The translations under genes and the position numbers were made by a program. From a bacterium (GTDB taxonomy: Bacteria; Bacteroidota; Ignavibacteria; Kapaibacteriales; Kapaibacteriaceae): DNA of 64,000 nucleotides. Shown here in pieces: positions 49,119 to 57,917 of the stretch. The DNA lies in contig DAITNB010000003.1 of the NCBI GenBank assembly GCA_036834845.1, positions 70,385-134,384 of the forward strand, given 5' to 3'. How positions within the stretch are numbered: the stretch's first letter is position 1; the number at the start of each line of letters is the position of its first letter. The notes under the pieces were generated by a model that was not told where the DNA came from, did no database searches, and worked only from the letters and a program-made list of their open reading frames with translations.

Positions 49119-50033
49119 ATGAAAGAACGACAACCGCTCACGAACGAATCGGCCATCGGCGGGTTTGGATCGAGAAAGAAGGGTCCTAAGGGCCCACCCG
49201 CACGTCGCGAGCAATACGACGATGAGCGTCAGCCGCTCTCCAATGAAAGTCCGCTCTATAAACCGCGGGATCCCGGCGGTAGGGGGCCTGCACGCCGCAG
49301 TGGTGGCCCACGCCAGGGTGGTGATGGGAGATCGGGCGGCGGAGGATACGGCAAGCCAAGAGGGAGGGGCGCAGACCGTAGGCCAGATGATCGCAGACCG
49401 GATGATCGCAGACAGGGTGACCGACAGGAGCGCCGGTCCGATGGCAGACCAGGCGGTGGCAGACCAGGCGGTGGCAGGCCCGGCGATGGTGGCAGACCAC
49501 GCGGTGGCGGCGGCTATGGAAAACAAGGAAACCGCGGAGACGGACGCAGCGGTGGTGGTGGATACGGCCGCACCGGTGGGCGCACGGACGACCGCAGGCA
49601 GGGCCCGTCGGGACCTCGTCAGGACAGATTTCGATCAGACGGACCCAACTCGCGCAGGTCCGATGCTCCTCGAAGAAATGATGGAGGCACGCGCAATTTC
49701 GACGAACGCCAGCCCCTTACAAACGAAGGCGCATTCTCGCGTCCGCCATCTCGCGGTGGTGGAAGGCCGCGCACTGGAGGTGGACCTTCAGGGGGCCGGC
49801 GTGGCGGACGTCCGATGGGTGGCGGCGGAAGAACAGCAGGTGGGCGTGGACGCGGAATGACGGGAGGTCGCGGAATGGCCGGTGGTCCGGCAAAGCGAAA
49901 GGACAAAGACGATCGTCGAAGCAAGGTGTATTCGTCTGATATGTTCTTCTACAAAGAGAATCTCGACGAAAAGAAACCAGCAGAGAGAAAGATGCGAAGC
50001 AGACGTAAGCGTCCATCTTCCGATTCGGAATAG
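49119..50033 (+). CDS. Arg/Gly-rich (RGG/GAR-like) low-complexity protein with a triplicated ERQPL(T/S)NE motif
   Basis: The 304-aa ORF fills the whole interval between its neighbours. By my hand count it has about 75 Gly and about 61 Arg. Motif copies are KERQPLTNES, DERQPLSNES and DERQPLTNEG. It has no hydrophobic segment. Confidence 0.6.
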   Translation: MKERQPLTNESAIGGFGSRKKGPKGPPARREQYDDERQPLSNESPLYKPRDPGGRGPARRSGGPRQGGDGRSGGGGYGKPRGRGADRRPDDRRPDDRRQGDRQERRSDGRPGGGRPGGGRPGDGGRPRGGGGYGKQGNRGDGRSGGGGYGRTGGRTDDRRQGPSGPRQDRFRSDGPNSRRSDAPRRNDGGTRNFDERQPLTNEGAFSRPPSRGGGRPRTGGGPSGGRRGGRPMGGGGRTAGGRGRGMTGGRGMAGGPAKRKDKDDRRSKVYSSDMFFYKENLDEKKPAERKMRSRRKRPSSDSE

Positions 50034-50073
50034 TTCCTAAATTCGAAACATCATCATGAGGGAATCCTGTAGT

Positions 50074-50994
50074 ATGTCTCGCCAACTTGTTTGCCTGATC
50101 TTTGCTGCCATCGCAACACTTGTGTCTGTTAACCCGCTTTCAGCGCAGAATTCGGAAACTCCGTCCAAGTTGGGCAAATCCGAAGATCAGGCATGGATGG
50201 AACTGAGTTTCACAGATCGAAAACCGTTTGTAACTCTGTTCTATGGTTCGGGCATGCCCACACGCGATGGTATTTCCGGTACCATCGAGAGCAATATGAC
50301 GCTTGGCGGAACACTTGGCATGGAGCGCGAGATTCCGTGGTGGAGAGACGAGAACATTGTGGCCCGGTCTGCTAATGCACTGTATTTGTGGTACGGTAAG
50401 CCCGCGGATGCACAAGGAATAGTTACTCCGAAAAATGGAGACGAACCTGCACTTGCGGCATCCTCTGCGGCCTCAATGTTCCGCTTTGGGTTTGCCGATG
50501 AGACTTCGTTTGGGTACTCTTTAGGAAAGAACTCCAACATCAGCTTTGTAGTATCGCCTTCGGTTCTTTCGTGGACGGTAGTAACACCGCAAGCCGTGCT
50601 TGTAAATGACTCGGCATCGGCCCAGGGTTTGCGCGACTTTGAAGGGGCTCTACGGTTTGGTGATGCTATGCGGCCAGCCGTGGCATGGCGCATTGCGGAA
50701 CCAATTAGCGTTCGTGTTGGATATGAATGGTCGCAGATTTATCCTCGGCACATGTTCTGGTTCTGGCTCTTGTCCGAAGCAATCGAAGGTATTGCCGACA
50801 CTGGTGCAACATGGTTTGCGCGCGAAATTGGCAAGAGCTCTCCGGCAGCAATGCCAATTGTATACTTCCTTCTGCGAAACGGCGTTGCGGCGGGCTTTAA
50901 GGCCCTTCGCATGAACCAGATGAACTGGCCGTTTACAACAGTGGCACCCCTTAACGTGCAAGTGTGGAATGTTGGACTAGACGTTCACTTCTAA
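50074..50994 (+). CDS. exported hypothetical protein (possible outer-membrane protein)
   Basis: Signal peptide MSRQLVCLIFAAIATLVSVNPLSAQ. The C-terminus ends ...VGLDVHF with a terminal aromatic. No motif recognised. Confidence 0.55.
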   Translation: MSRQLVCLIFAAIATLVSVNPLSAQNSETPSKLGKSEDQAWMELSFTDRKPFVTLFYGSGMPTRDGISGTIESNMTLGGTLGMEREIPWWRDENIVARSANALYLWYGKPADAQGIVTPKNGDEPALAASSAASMFRFGFADETSFGYSLGKNSNISFVVSPSVLSWTVVTPQAVLVNDSASAQGLRDFEGALRFGDAMRPAVAWRIAEPISVRVGYEWSQIYPRHMFWFWLLSEAIEGIADTGATWFAREIGKSSPAAMPIVYFLLRNGVAAGFKALRMNQMNWPFTTVAPLNVQVWNVGLDVHF

Positions 50995-51000
50995 GCCGCG

Positions 51001-52230
51001 TTATTCCGGAATTACCTGACCGGCTAAAAGGTCTTCGAAGGTTTCGCGCCTGCGAATAACGCGGGCTGCACCATCGTGTACCAGCACTTCTGCCGGACGG
51101 TACCTGCTGTTGTAGTTGCTAGACATTGTATAGCCATAAGCGCCGGCATTGAGGAAGGCCAAGATGTCGCCCTCGTGGATCTCGGCAATCTTCCTGTCCC
51201 AACCGAAGGTGTCGGTTTCGCAGATGTAGCCAACCACCGTGTAAATTCTGGGCGTTCCGTCGGGGTTGCTCACGTTTATAATGTGGTGATACGAGTTATA
51301 CAGCATGGGACGGATTAAGTGATTTAATCCGGAGTCTACCCCTGCAAACACTGTGGCCGTTGTGTGTTTGATAACATTCACGCGTGCCAAGAATGTACCT
51401 GATTCACTCACCAAGAACTTACCAGGTTCGAACCACACTTCGATTGGTACATCTCTGCCTGCGTTGAATTCTGCAACTCGGGCCGATAGTTTTGTTCCAA
51501 GATCTTCGATATCGGTGGCAATGTCGTCGGGCTTATAAGGCACCTTAAAGCCGCTACCAAAATCAACGAAGGTAATCTGCGGAAACATGCTCGCCGTTTC
51601 AAAGAGAATCTCGGCGCCTTGAAGGAAAACATCAGCATCGAGAATGTCGCTTCCCGTATGCATGTGAAGTCCGTTTACGTGTATGCCGTGTGTAGCCACT
51701 ACTCGCTGAACGTGACGCATTTGGTGGAGAGATATGCCGAATTTCGAATCGATATGTCCGGTGCTGATGCGTTCGTTCCCGCCCGCCATAATGTGCGGAT
51801 TCACCCGTAAACACACAGGTACCCTGCCACCGTATTCGTTGCCAAATCTCTCTAGCACAGAAATTGTATCGATGTTGATGTGTACGCCAAGTTCAACTGC
51901 CTGCTGCAGTTCTTCGAAGCTCACCATATTAGGTGTGTAGAGGATCTCCTCCGGTGTAAAGCCCGCGTAGAGACCAAGCTGCACCTCCTGAATCGATACG
52001 GTATCGAGTCCGGTACCAAGTTCCTTCATCACCCGAAGCACGTTTACGTTCGATAGGGCTTTGCACGCATACATGATGCGGTGGTTCATACCGGAGAACG
52101 CTGCGCGTATGCGCTGTACCTGACGCTTCATTACGGCAGTGTTGTACACATACACCGGAGCTCCGGCAAGCGCAACAATGTCTTCTACCGGCACACCGCC
52201 GATAAACGAATAGCCGTTCTCTGTCTCCAT
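51001..52230 (-). CDS. lysA: diaminopimelate decarboxylase
   Basis: PVYVYNTAVMKRQV..., the PLP-lysine block MYACKALSN, and GYICETDTF. 409 aa. Confidence 0.85.
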   Translation of the reverse strand: METENGYSFIGGVPVEDIVALAGAPVYVYNTAVMKRQVQRIRAAFSGMNHRIMYACKALSNVNVLRVMKELGTGLDTVSIQEVQLGLYAGFTPEEILYTPNMVSFEELQQAVELGVHINIDTISVLERFGNEYGGRVPVCLRVNPHIMAGGNERISTGHIDSKFGISLHQMRHVQRVVATHGIHVNGLHMHTGSDILDADVFLQGAEILFETASMFPQITFVDFGSGFKVPYKPDDIATDIEDLGTKLSARVAEFNAGRDVPIEVWFEPGKFLVSESGTFLARVNVIKHTTATVFAGVDSGLNHLIRPMLYNSYHHIINVSNPDGTPRIYTVVGYICETDTFGWDRKIAEIHEGDILAFLNAGAYGYTMSSNYNSRYRPAEVLVHDGAARVIRRRETFEDLLAGQVIPE

Positions 52231-52254
52231 GTATCATGCCTCCAAAAGGGGTGG

Positions 52255-52262
52255 CAAAGTTA
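52255..52262 (-). promoter_or_regulatory. candidate -7 box TAACTTTG upstream of lysA
   Basis: The minus strand reads TAACTTTG, ending 25 nt before the lysA ATG. No -33 box was seen. Confidence 0.25.
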
Positions 52263-52277
52263 CGGTTTCGGTGTGAA

Positions 52278-53798
52278 TCACCTTGCGATGATTAGCGGGA
52301 ATGCAGCAGTTCCACCAAAACTGGATAGGTTGCCAATGTACGCCCCCTGCGAAAGATGGCGCACATCAATGGTTGAAGCCCCATCTACAAATTGGCAGTC
52401 GAGTACTGCTCGCGATTGTCCGGAAACGTCTACGATAGTCAGGCGGGCCGTACCTGTGAAGTTGTTGCCAACAGACACAGTAACGAATGTAGACGCCGGA
52501 TTAGGCCACTGAGAAATGGTTGGCGGGTGCATGTGATGGGCATTGCGAAACAACGGTAGTGTAGGAAAGGGGCGATGAAGTACACGCGGTAGGTACTCGG
52601 TTGGCTTCGATTCGAACCATTGTTCCAGTATAGAAGCATACACACTGCGAAAATCTACGTGCCAACGGAGATTACCATCGTTATCGAGATCGGAAACTTG
52701 TGGTGTTACGCCGTGGATACCGCCATTTACAGAGCTTCCGATGAGGAACACGGGTCCGGCAGTACCATGGTCTGTTCCGGAGGTGTTTGTTTCTGCACGT
52801 CTGCCAAACTCCGAGATAACAAGTGTAGTAACGCGATTATCTACGTTGTCGCGCTCGAGTTCGCGTTGAAAGGCAAGAAGGTTTGTGCAAACTTCGGTGA
52901 GCTGTTCGTTGTGAATCTGAATTTGAAAATGATGAGTGTCGAACATGCCAGTATGAACGATGTACATGTTTGTGGCCATGCCACCACGGATACATCGCGA
53001 TACAGTTTGAAGGTCGGGTGCCATGTTCCCACCTTCTCGAAAGTAGTCTGCAGACGGCTCGGAAGACGCGTCAATACTTCTCGAAATAGACTCGAGGTAT
53101 CTGCATCCGGTACTCCGATATTCTCTTAGCAGGTATTCTAAATCGGCGGTGTTGTTTTCGTTGCTGCTTGGGCCAGGTTCCTCAGAAAAGAAACGGTGGT
53201 TCGTATAGGCAAACCCCATTGCCGTATGTTCACCGTTAAACGCTCTGCCAAGTTGTGGACCCAGCTCTACGGCGAAGGGGGCGGAGTGGTCTAGGCTATC
53301 GGAGGCAAGGCGCTGTTCGAGGAACCTTCCCATCCAGCCATCGAGTTTGAACACGTCGCTGTCTGAGGCGGATAACCAAATATTCGTGCTTCGAAAGTGC
53401 GAGAGGTCCATATCGGGATATCCCACACCTTGTACCACGGCTACCTTGCCCTCGTTGTAAAGTGTAGAAATTCCACTCATTGCAGGATGGAATCGTAAAC
53501 TCGAAGAATTCGGAATTGGAATTCCTATTTCGGGTGCAATGGAGATATCAACGTGCGACTTGTCTCGACGCAGCCGGTAGTACTCCGCGTCATTCACCGG
53601 CACAAGGGTGTTCAATCCGTCGTTGCCACCAAAGAGTCGCACAACAACCAGTACACGCCGATGAGGGTTTACCGGACTTGCCAACCAGCCCAAGCCGCCA
53701 TCCGGAGCTCCACGCGCTACGAGTACCGACGAGAGTCCGCCAAGCCCTGCAACCGCACCTGTGCCGATAACCGACCGAAGGAATGTTCTACGAAGCAT
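52278..53798 (-). CDS. DUF1501 (sulfatase/phosphatase-fold) protein with twin-arginine signal and T9SS C-terminal sorting domain
   Basis: The N-terminus MLRRTFLRSVIGTGAVAGLGG is Tat-like. The core resembles DUF1501 (GTDHGTAGP). The C-terminus reads WPNPASTFVTVSV...ARLTIVDVSGQSRAVL...HLSQGAYIGNL...PLIIAR. I use the internal ATG at 53798. Confidence 0.7.
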   Translation of the reverse strand: MLRRTFLRSVIGTGAVAGLGGLSSVLVARGAPDGGLGWLASPVNPHRRVLVVVRLFGGNDGLNTLVPVNDAEYYRLRRDKSHVDISIAPEIGIPIPNSSSLRFHPAMSGISTLYNEGKVAVVQGVGYPDMDLSHFRSTNIWLSASDSDVFKLDGWMGRFLEQRLASDSLDHSAPFAVELGPQLGRAFNGEHTAMGFAYTNHRFFSEEPGPSSNENNTADLEYLLREYRSTGCRYLESISRSIDASSEPSADYFREGGNMAPDLQTVSRCIRGGMATNMYIVHTGMFDTHHFQIQIHNEQLTEVCTNLLAFQRELERDNVDNRVTTLVISEFGRRAETNTSGTDHGTAGPVFLIGSSVNGGIHGVTPQVSDLDNDGNLRWHVDFRSVYASILEQWFESKPTEYLPRVLHRPFPTLPLFRNAHHMHPPTISQWPNPASTFVTVSVGNNFTGTARLTIVDVSGQSRAVLDCQFVDGASTIDVRHLSQGAYIGNLSSFGGTAAFPLIIAR

Positions 53799-53805
53799 CA
53801 CTACC

Positions 53806-55317
53806 TCAGAATAGCTGGTATCGTGGAGAAGACAGCACCTTCGTAAACACCAAGCGCAGTGTATCGCTTGCACCAGGGTTGCTTTTTACGAGGAAGCACA
53901 ATTCATCTATGAGATCTCTACTCGATGTTCCTAAATGCGTACCCACAAGTGAATTCACGAGTAGGTCCGCATTGCGTGGGTTGCATATCTTCTCTGCTAC
54001 CTGCACCGGATTGTACGAGAACTGGGGCTCTTCCCAGAACACGTCCCAGCGCCTGATGAGCCCCTTGCCAAATCGCTGACAAAAGTCGAACCTCATGTTT
54101 ACGTCGGATGGTGTTAACCACTCCAGCTCCGAACGCCAACCCGAAACATTTGGAGGATCGAATGGTAGATGACCCAAGGCGAGAAGTCTGCGCACAAGAT
54201 CTGTGTGCCGCAGGTGATCGTCCGATATTACGGACGGAGAGTATTCAGCATCGAAAGCACGTATGGCACCAAGCACAAGGTGGAGGGGAGATTTTACCAG
54301 ACGCATGCGATATCGTTCGTCGTAAAACATCTCGCTGCGAAGCAGCGTCCGCATGGTTAACGTGATGTCCCAATTGTTGCGCACAAGTTCCTCTGCAACC
54401 GCCTCTATGTCTTCTGGGAGTAGTTCTTGCCTTCGACCGATAAACTCTGTGCAAATTCTCCGTGCAAAGTGCAGGGCAACGTCCTTGGCGCGCATTTGGA
54501 AGATTACGTCTATCACATCTTGTGCGCGGAAGAATCCGCGTACACCAAAAATCTCATTCATCGGAGTGTACCATAAGCTCGGCTCCCAGTGGAGTGCCCG
54601 CTCTCGGAAGTTCGTACGTGTTCCGTCTCCATGGTTTGTCCATGCTCGTACGGTAACATTGCCGGTAAGTGCTCTGGCAATGTTCACAATGTCTCGTTGC
54701 GAGTACAGTGGTACCTGCTTACTGTTCGTCCTTCCCAGCAAGTGAATCTCCAGCAGTTCTCTGGCATGATTCTCATTAACGCCGCTGCCCCACTCGGCCC
54801 ACCAATTCTGAACTCCACTCAGATATATCTGCATGGCAGTACTTTCGGTTATCACCTTGGTAAGCTGTTGAATGTTACCCATACTCTCGGCCATAATTCC
54901 CCGGAACATATCGAGGGTGTGCTCTGCGTATTCTGCGCCGTTGCACGATACCGGAAAGTGATGGTGCCACATTAGCGCCATGCGCATATGCAGTGAAACC
55001 GGCGAGCGGATAACGGTGCTACAAATCCATTGACGGAATTGCGTGTAGTGCACCGCCTTCTCATCGAAGTAGTCGAAACTTCTCGGAGAGTCGTTTGGAT
55101 GCACCCCAGAGTTTATTACACCACTTAGCAGGTGCTGAACGGCGGATACATCCACCCGTATGGGCTGGAGAAGTTCATCTACAATGGCATTCAGGCCAAG
55201 ACCATGCAGCGATGCAACCTCCGAGGGTCTTATACCGATTACGGCACGCCGCAGGAGGTGGGCGGCCGCTTCGATGGTAAACGCACCGCTGGAAATTGGG
55301 TTGAGTCTGGTGTTCAT
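53806..55317 (-). CDS. DUF1800 family protein (usual partner of DUF1501)
   Basis: 503 aa and helical-rich. The HLLRRA and LLGH-type blocks are typical of DUF1800. It lies immediately upstream of the DUF1501 gene (7-nt gap). Confidence 0.6.
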   Translation of the reverse strand: MNTRLNPISSGAFTIEAAAHLLRRAVIGIRPSEVASLHGLGLNAIVDELLQPIRVDVSAVQHLLSGVINSGVHPNDSPRSFDYFDEKAVHYTQFRQWICSTVIRSPVSLHMRMALMWHHHFPVSCNGAEYAEHTLDMFRGIMAESMGNIQQLTKVITESTAMQIYLSGVQNWWAEWGSGVNENHARELLEIHLLGRTNSKQVPLYSQRDIVNIARALTGNVTVRAWTNHGDGTRTNFRERALHWEPSLWYTPMNEIFGVRGFFRAQDVIDVIFQMRAKDVALHFARRICTEFIGRRQELLPEDIEAVAEELVRNNWDITLTMRTLLRSEMFYDERYRMRLVKSPLHLVLGAIRAFDAEYSPSVISDDHLRHTDLVRRLLALGHLPFDPPNVSGWRSELEWLTPSDVNMRFDFCQRFGKGLIRRWDVFWEEPQFSYNPVQVAEKICNPRNADLLVNSLVGTHLGTSSRDLIDELCFLVKSNPGASDTLRLVFTKVLSSPRYQLF

Positions 55318-55364
55318 GGTGCCAACCTATCCCATGAACGATCTAGACACAACCGAACAGAATC

Positions 55365-55706
55365 TTAACTGCGGAGTGCTTTAAACCGCTCTATCTCGCT
55401 GGCGAGTCGCTTAATAATAAAACCAACAACGAGGGTATCATCTACGAATCCGATAACCGGCAGGTAGTCTGGAGTGGCATCGGTTGGAAGCAAAAAATAG
55501 ACGAGTGCACCAAGAATGGCCACCCGCGTTGTGAGGGCCAGGTGAAAGTTTGGAGTGCGCAACATGCGCACGAGAGTGTGCACATTGCGAAAGAGAATAG
55601 AGGCCGCACGCCCCTTCTGAGATCCAAGCCGCTGCTCTGTTTGTGCCAGTATTGCGGGCTCGTCTTCGGGGCGAATGGGCGTGGTTATTGTTTCTTGCCT
55701 ATCCAC
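55365..55706 (-). CDS. YkvA/DUF1232 family membrane protein
   Basis: The LLPTDATPDYLPVIGFVDD motif is characteristic of DUF1232. Confidence 0.7.
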   Translation of the reverse strand: MDRQETITTPIRPEDEPAILAQTEQRLGSQKGRAASILFRNVHTLVRMLRTPNFHLALTTRVAILGALVYFLLPTDATPDYLPVIGFVDDTLVVGFIIKRLASEIERFKALRS

Positions 55707-55942
55707 ATGATTGCCAGCGGGATAAGCACGCAGTACCCAAGTACAAGCACAACTGGGGCAACACTAACGGCCAATGGGTTGTCCCACTGATTCAAACCGG
55801 ATGCCAACAGCCCAAAGCCAACGAGAATAACGCCAATTCCAGCAGCAAGGTAGATGTAGTGTTGCTTAGACCATGGATTTGTCCAGACCACGCGAGGTTT
55901 CTTGCTTAATGGTGTGCGTTGCGCCGAGGTTTTTGTTGTCAT
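55685..55942 (-). CDS. small two-TM membrane protein (DUF3098-like?)
   Basis: MTTKTSAQRTPLSKKPR... followed by two hydrophobic helices. I use the internal ATG at 55942. Confidence 0.45.
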   Translation of the reverse strand: MTTKTSAQRTPLSKKPRVVWTNPWSKQHYIYLAAGIGVILVGFGLLASGLNQWDNPLAVSVAPVVLVLGYCVLIPLAIMWIGKKQ

Positions 55943-56000
55943 GGTTGTGCTCTCTATGTGTAACGGGGCAGCAAAATACGAACGGCAGCCGTTACAAGAG

Positions 56001-56435
56001 TTAGGCCCTTGCAGCAAGAAATGTTGTAAGGTTGTCGGCCGGACGCAGACCAAATTTCTTCCGCATACGCTCTCGGTGTTTTTCTATGCTGCGCACCGAG
56101 CAAGAAAGAAGTTGGGCAACCTCTTTCGAAGGCATGGGTAGGCGCAAGAGCGCACACAGCCGAAGCTCTGTTGGTGTTAGGTCTGGAAAGTCTGCCGCCA
56201 AGCGCTGCAAATAGCCACCGTGCATGGCCTCGAAAACATGTTCAAAATGCGTTGTGGATGAAGCATCCAATGCCTGCGCAATTTGCCGGTGAACACTCTG
56301 GATGCACTGTTTCGCCTCGGCATTCAACGCCGACTCGATGCCTCGTAGTTCATCATCTACGGCTCGCAACGTGCTTGTGTAGCGAATTTCGCGAAGCATT
56401 GCTGCGCGAAGAAGTTTGCTGGTTACGTCGGCCAT
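56001..56435 (-). CDS. LuxR/GerE-type HTH transcriptional regulator without a receiver domain
   Basis: The C-terminus is LTPTELRLCALLRLPMPSKEVAQLLSCSVRSIEKHRERMRKKFG. Confidence 0.7.
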   Translation of the reverse strand: MADVTSKLLRAAMLREIRYTSTLRAVDDELRGIESALNAEAKQCIQSVHRQIAQALDASSTTHFEHVFEAMHGGYLQRLAADFPDLTPTELRLCALLRLPMPSKEVAQLLSCSVRSIEKHRERMRKKFGLRPADNLTTFLAARA

Positions 56436-57049
56436 TGTACGCTGTCCTGCTGGAATGTTATTTCGCCACGCAACAGAAGCTGGTGCATTGCTACAGACAA
56501 AATGTGTGGGGGGGTACCGGTCATGCGCTCGAGAAGTGAGGGGCGAATAGAAAGCGGTGATTTTCCCTCTTCCGAAACGCCAAACCCACAGTTACGAGCT
56601 ACGGCCTTGAGAATAGCCAAAACGTGGTCTGCAGAAGCCGGAAGTGATGATATGGTGCTTAACTCCCGCGCAACCTCTAATTTTTTAGCGAGTTGACGCA
56701 TGTAGAGAGATGCCAGTTCGGGTTTAGCCAATGTTCGCAGTGTAAAGTCGCCCTTCGATAACATGCGCACGATGCAGTCGGTTACGGCTGTGGCGCGAAT
56801 TGTTGTAGAACGAGTTGGCTCCGGACGTCCGGCGATGAGAATCTCGTTGCGACCAGTAAACCCAACTACGTGCGATGTTCCGTCTTCATGATACCGAATC
56901 TCGGCAGCTGCGCCCTGTTCTACCAGGAACACAGACTCTGGGGAGTATTCGTAGGAGTACACATCTACATCTCTCGGAATGTTCCGCCGCGACTGTTCGG
57001 GGAACACCGTAAGCCATTCTGTTGGGGCGATGTGGACCAGGGAGTTCAT
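56423..57049 (-). CDS. Crp/Fnr-like regulator (cNMP-binding-like barrel plus C-terminal HTH)
   Basis: 208 aa. A beta-barrel-like N-terminal half and the C-terminal block LLERMTGTPPHILSVAMHQLLLRGEI. The assignment is tentative. Confidence 0.5.
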   Translation of the reverse strand: MNSLVHIAPTEWLTVFPEQSRRNIPRDVDVYSYEYSPESVFLVEQGAAAEIRYHEDGTSHVVGFTGRNEILIAGRPEPTRSTTIRATAVTDCIVRMLSKGDFTLRTLAKPELASLYMRQLAKKLEVARELSTISSLPASADHVLAILKAVARNCGFGVSEEGKSPLSIRPSLLERMTGTPPHILSVAMHQLLLRGEITFQQDSVQWPT

Positions 57050-57122
57050 GTGTGGTGCGCAAGTTCGCCCTACATGCCTCGGCTAGCTATGACATTTGTC
57101 AGGATGCCAAAAATCGGCGTGT

Positions 57123-57827
57123 TTAGTCGTGAATATTCGCGGTTTTCACTAGCCCCTTAACATTCGTAATCCGGATAGACCTGCCCGATGTCTCGATAAG
57201 ATTGTCGGCCTTGAACTCCGATAGGGTACGAATAACACTCTCCGGTGCGGTTCCAACGATAGAGGCAATTTCCTCGCGGGTTAGGGGGCTGTTCAGTGTT
57301 TGCCCATCGTCTGCCAGGCCAAAAGTTTCCTTCAAAACAAGCAGGGCTTCTGCCACACGTTCGCGGACGCTCTTCTGTGCTATCTCAACGACGCGTTTCT
57401 CGGCCTCTTCTATCTCGTGAGACATGTCTTGCATTACGCGCAGGGCTAACTGAGGGCTGTCTCGTACGATGCGGAAAACTATGTCAGACGGAACGAAGCA
57501 AATGCTAGAATCCTCTACGGCAATGCAGTTCATCGAATAGGGCTCGTTCATCAATAAACTTGCGTATCCAACCATGTCTCCCGCTCCGGCAAAGCGGAGA
57601 ATCAGCTCCTTGCCATCAGGTCCGGTGCGGGTAAGTTTTACATGACCCGAGTGTATGCAGTATACCCCACGTGGATACTGACCAACGTGAAACACCGTAG
57701 AGTTCCTTCCGTGCTGCGAACATGACTTATGCGTATCTATTTCTTCGGTCTCGTGTAGCTGTAACGTTGCGAACGTAGATGTAATTCGGGTTCCGCAGGT
57801 AGCACAAGATCTCGTGTTCGTTTGCAT
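57123..57827 (-). CDS. Crp/Fnr family transcriptional regulator
   Basis: Blocks GVYCIHSGHVKLTR, RFAGAGDMVGY and the HTH LTREEIASIVGTAPESVIRTLSEFK. A CxxC lies near the N-terminus. I use the internal ATG at 57827. Confidence 0.75.
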   Translation of the reverse strand: MQTNTRSCATCGTRITSTFATLQLHETEEIDTHKSCSQHGRNSTVFHVGQYPRGVYCIHSGHVKLTRTGPDGKELILRFAGAGDMVGYASLLMNEPYSMNCIAVEDSSICFVPSDIVFRIVRDSPQLALRVMQDMSHEIEEAEKRVVEIAQKSVRERVAEALLVLKETFGLADDGQTLNSPLTREEIASIVGTAPESVIRTLSEFKADNLIETSGRSIRITNVKGLVKTANIHD

Positions 57828-57917
57828 TGCTAAGGGTTCTTTCGAGAGAATGTCTCTCAAACTTAGGCCTTGAAGCGCCCCCTGCAAAGGAAAAAACGGC
57901 AGGTAATGCCGTAGTTA

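Noticed and set aside
48762-50085. Several long alternative-frame and antisense ORFs overlap the RGG gene: 49165..49860 (+), 48762..49526 (-), 49186..49500 (-), 49619..49924 (-) and 49717..50085 (-).
   Set aside because: GC-rich, stop-poor low-complexity repeats keep many frames open. Only the frame starting at 49119 fills the gap between its neighbours exactly and carries the conserved triplicated motif. The others overlap flanking well-supported genes.
52231-52277. A possible lysine riboswitch upstream of lysA.
   Set aside because: The spacer is only 47 nt, far too short for an L-box. Likewise, there is no room for a cobalamin riboswitch before the TBDR-like gene (56-nt spacer).
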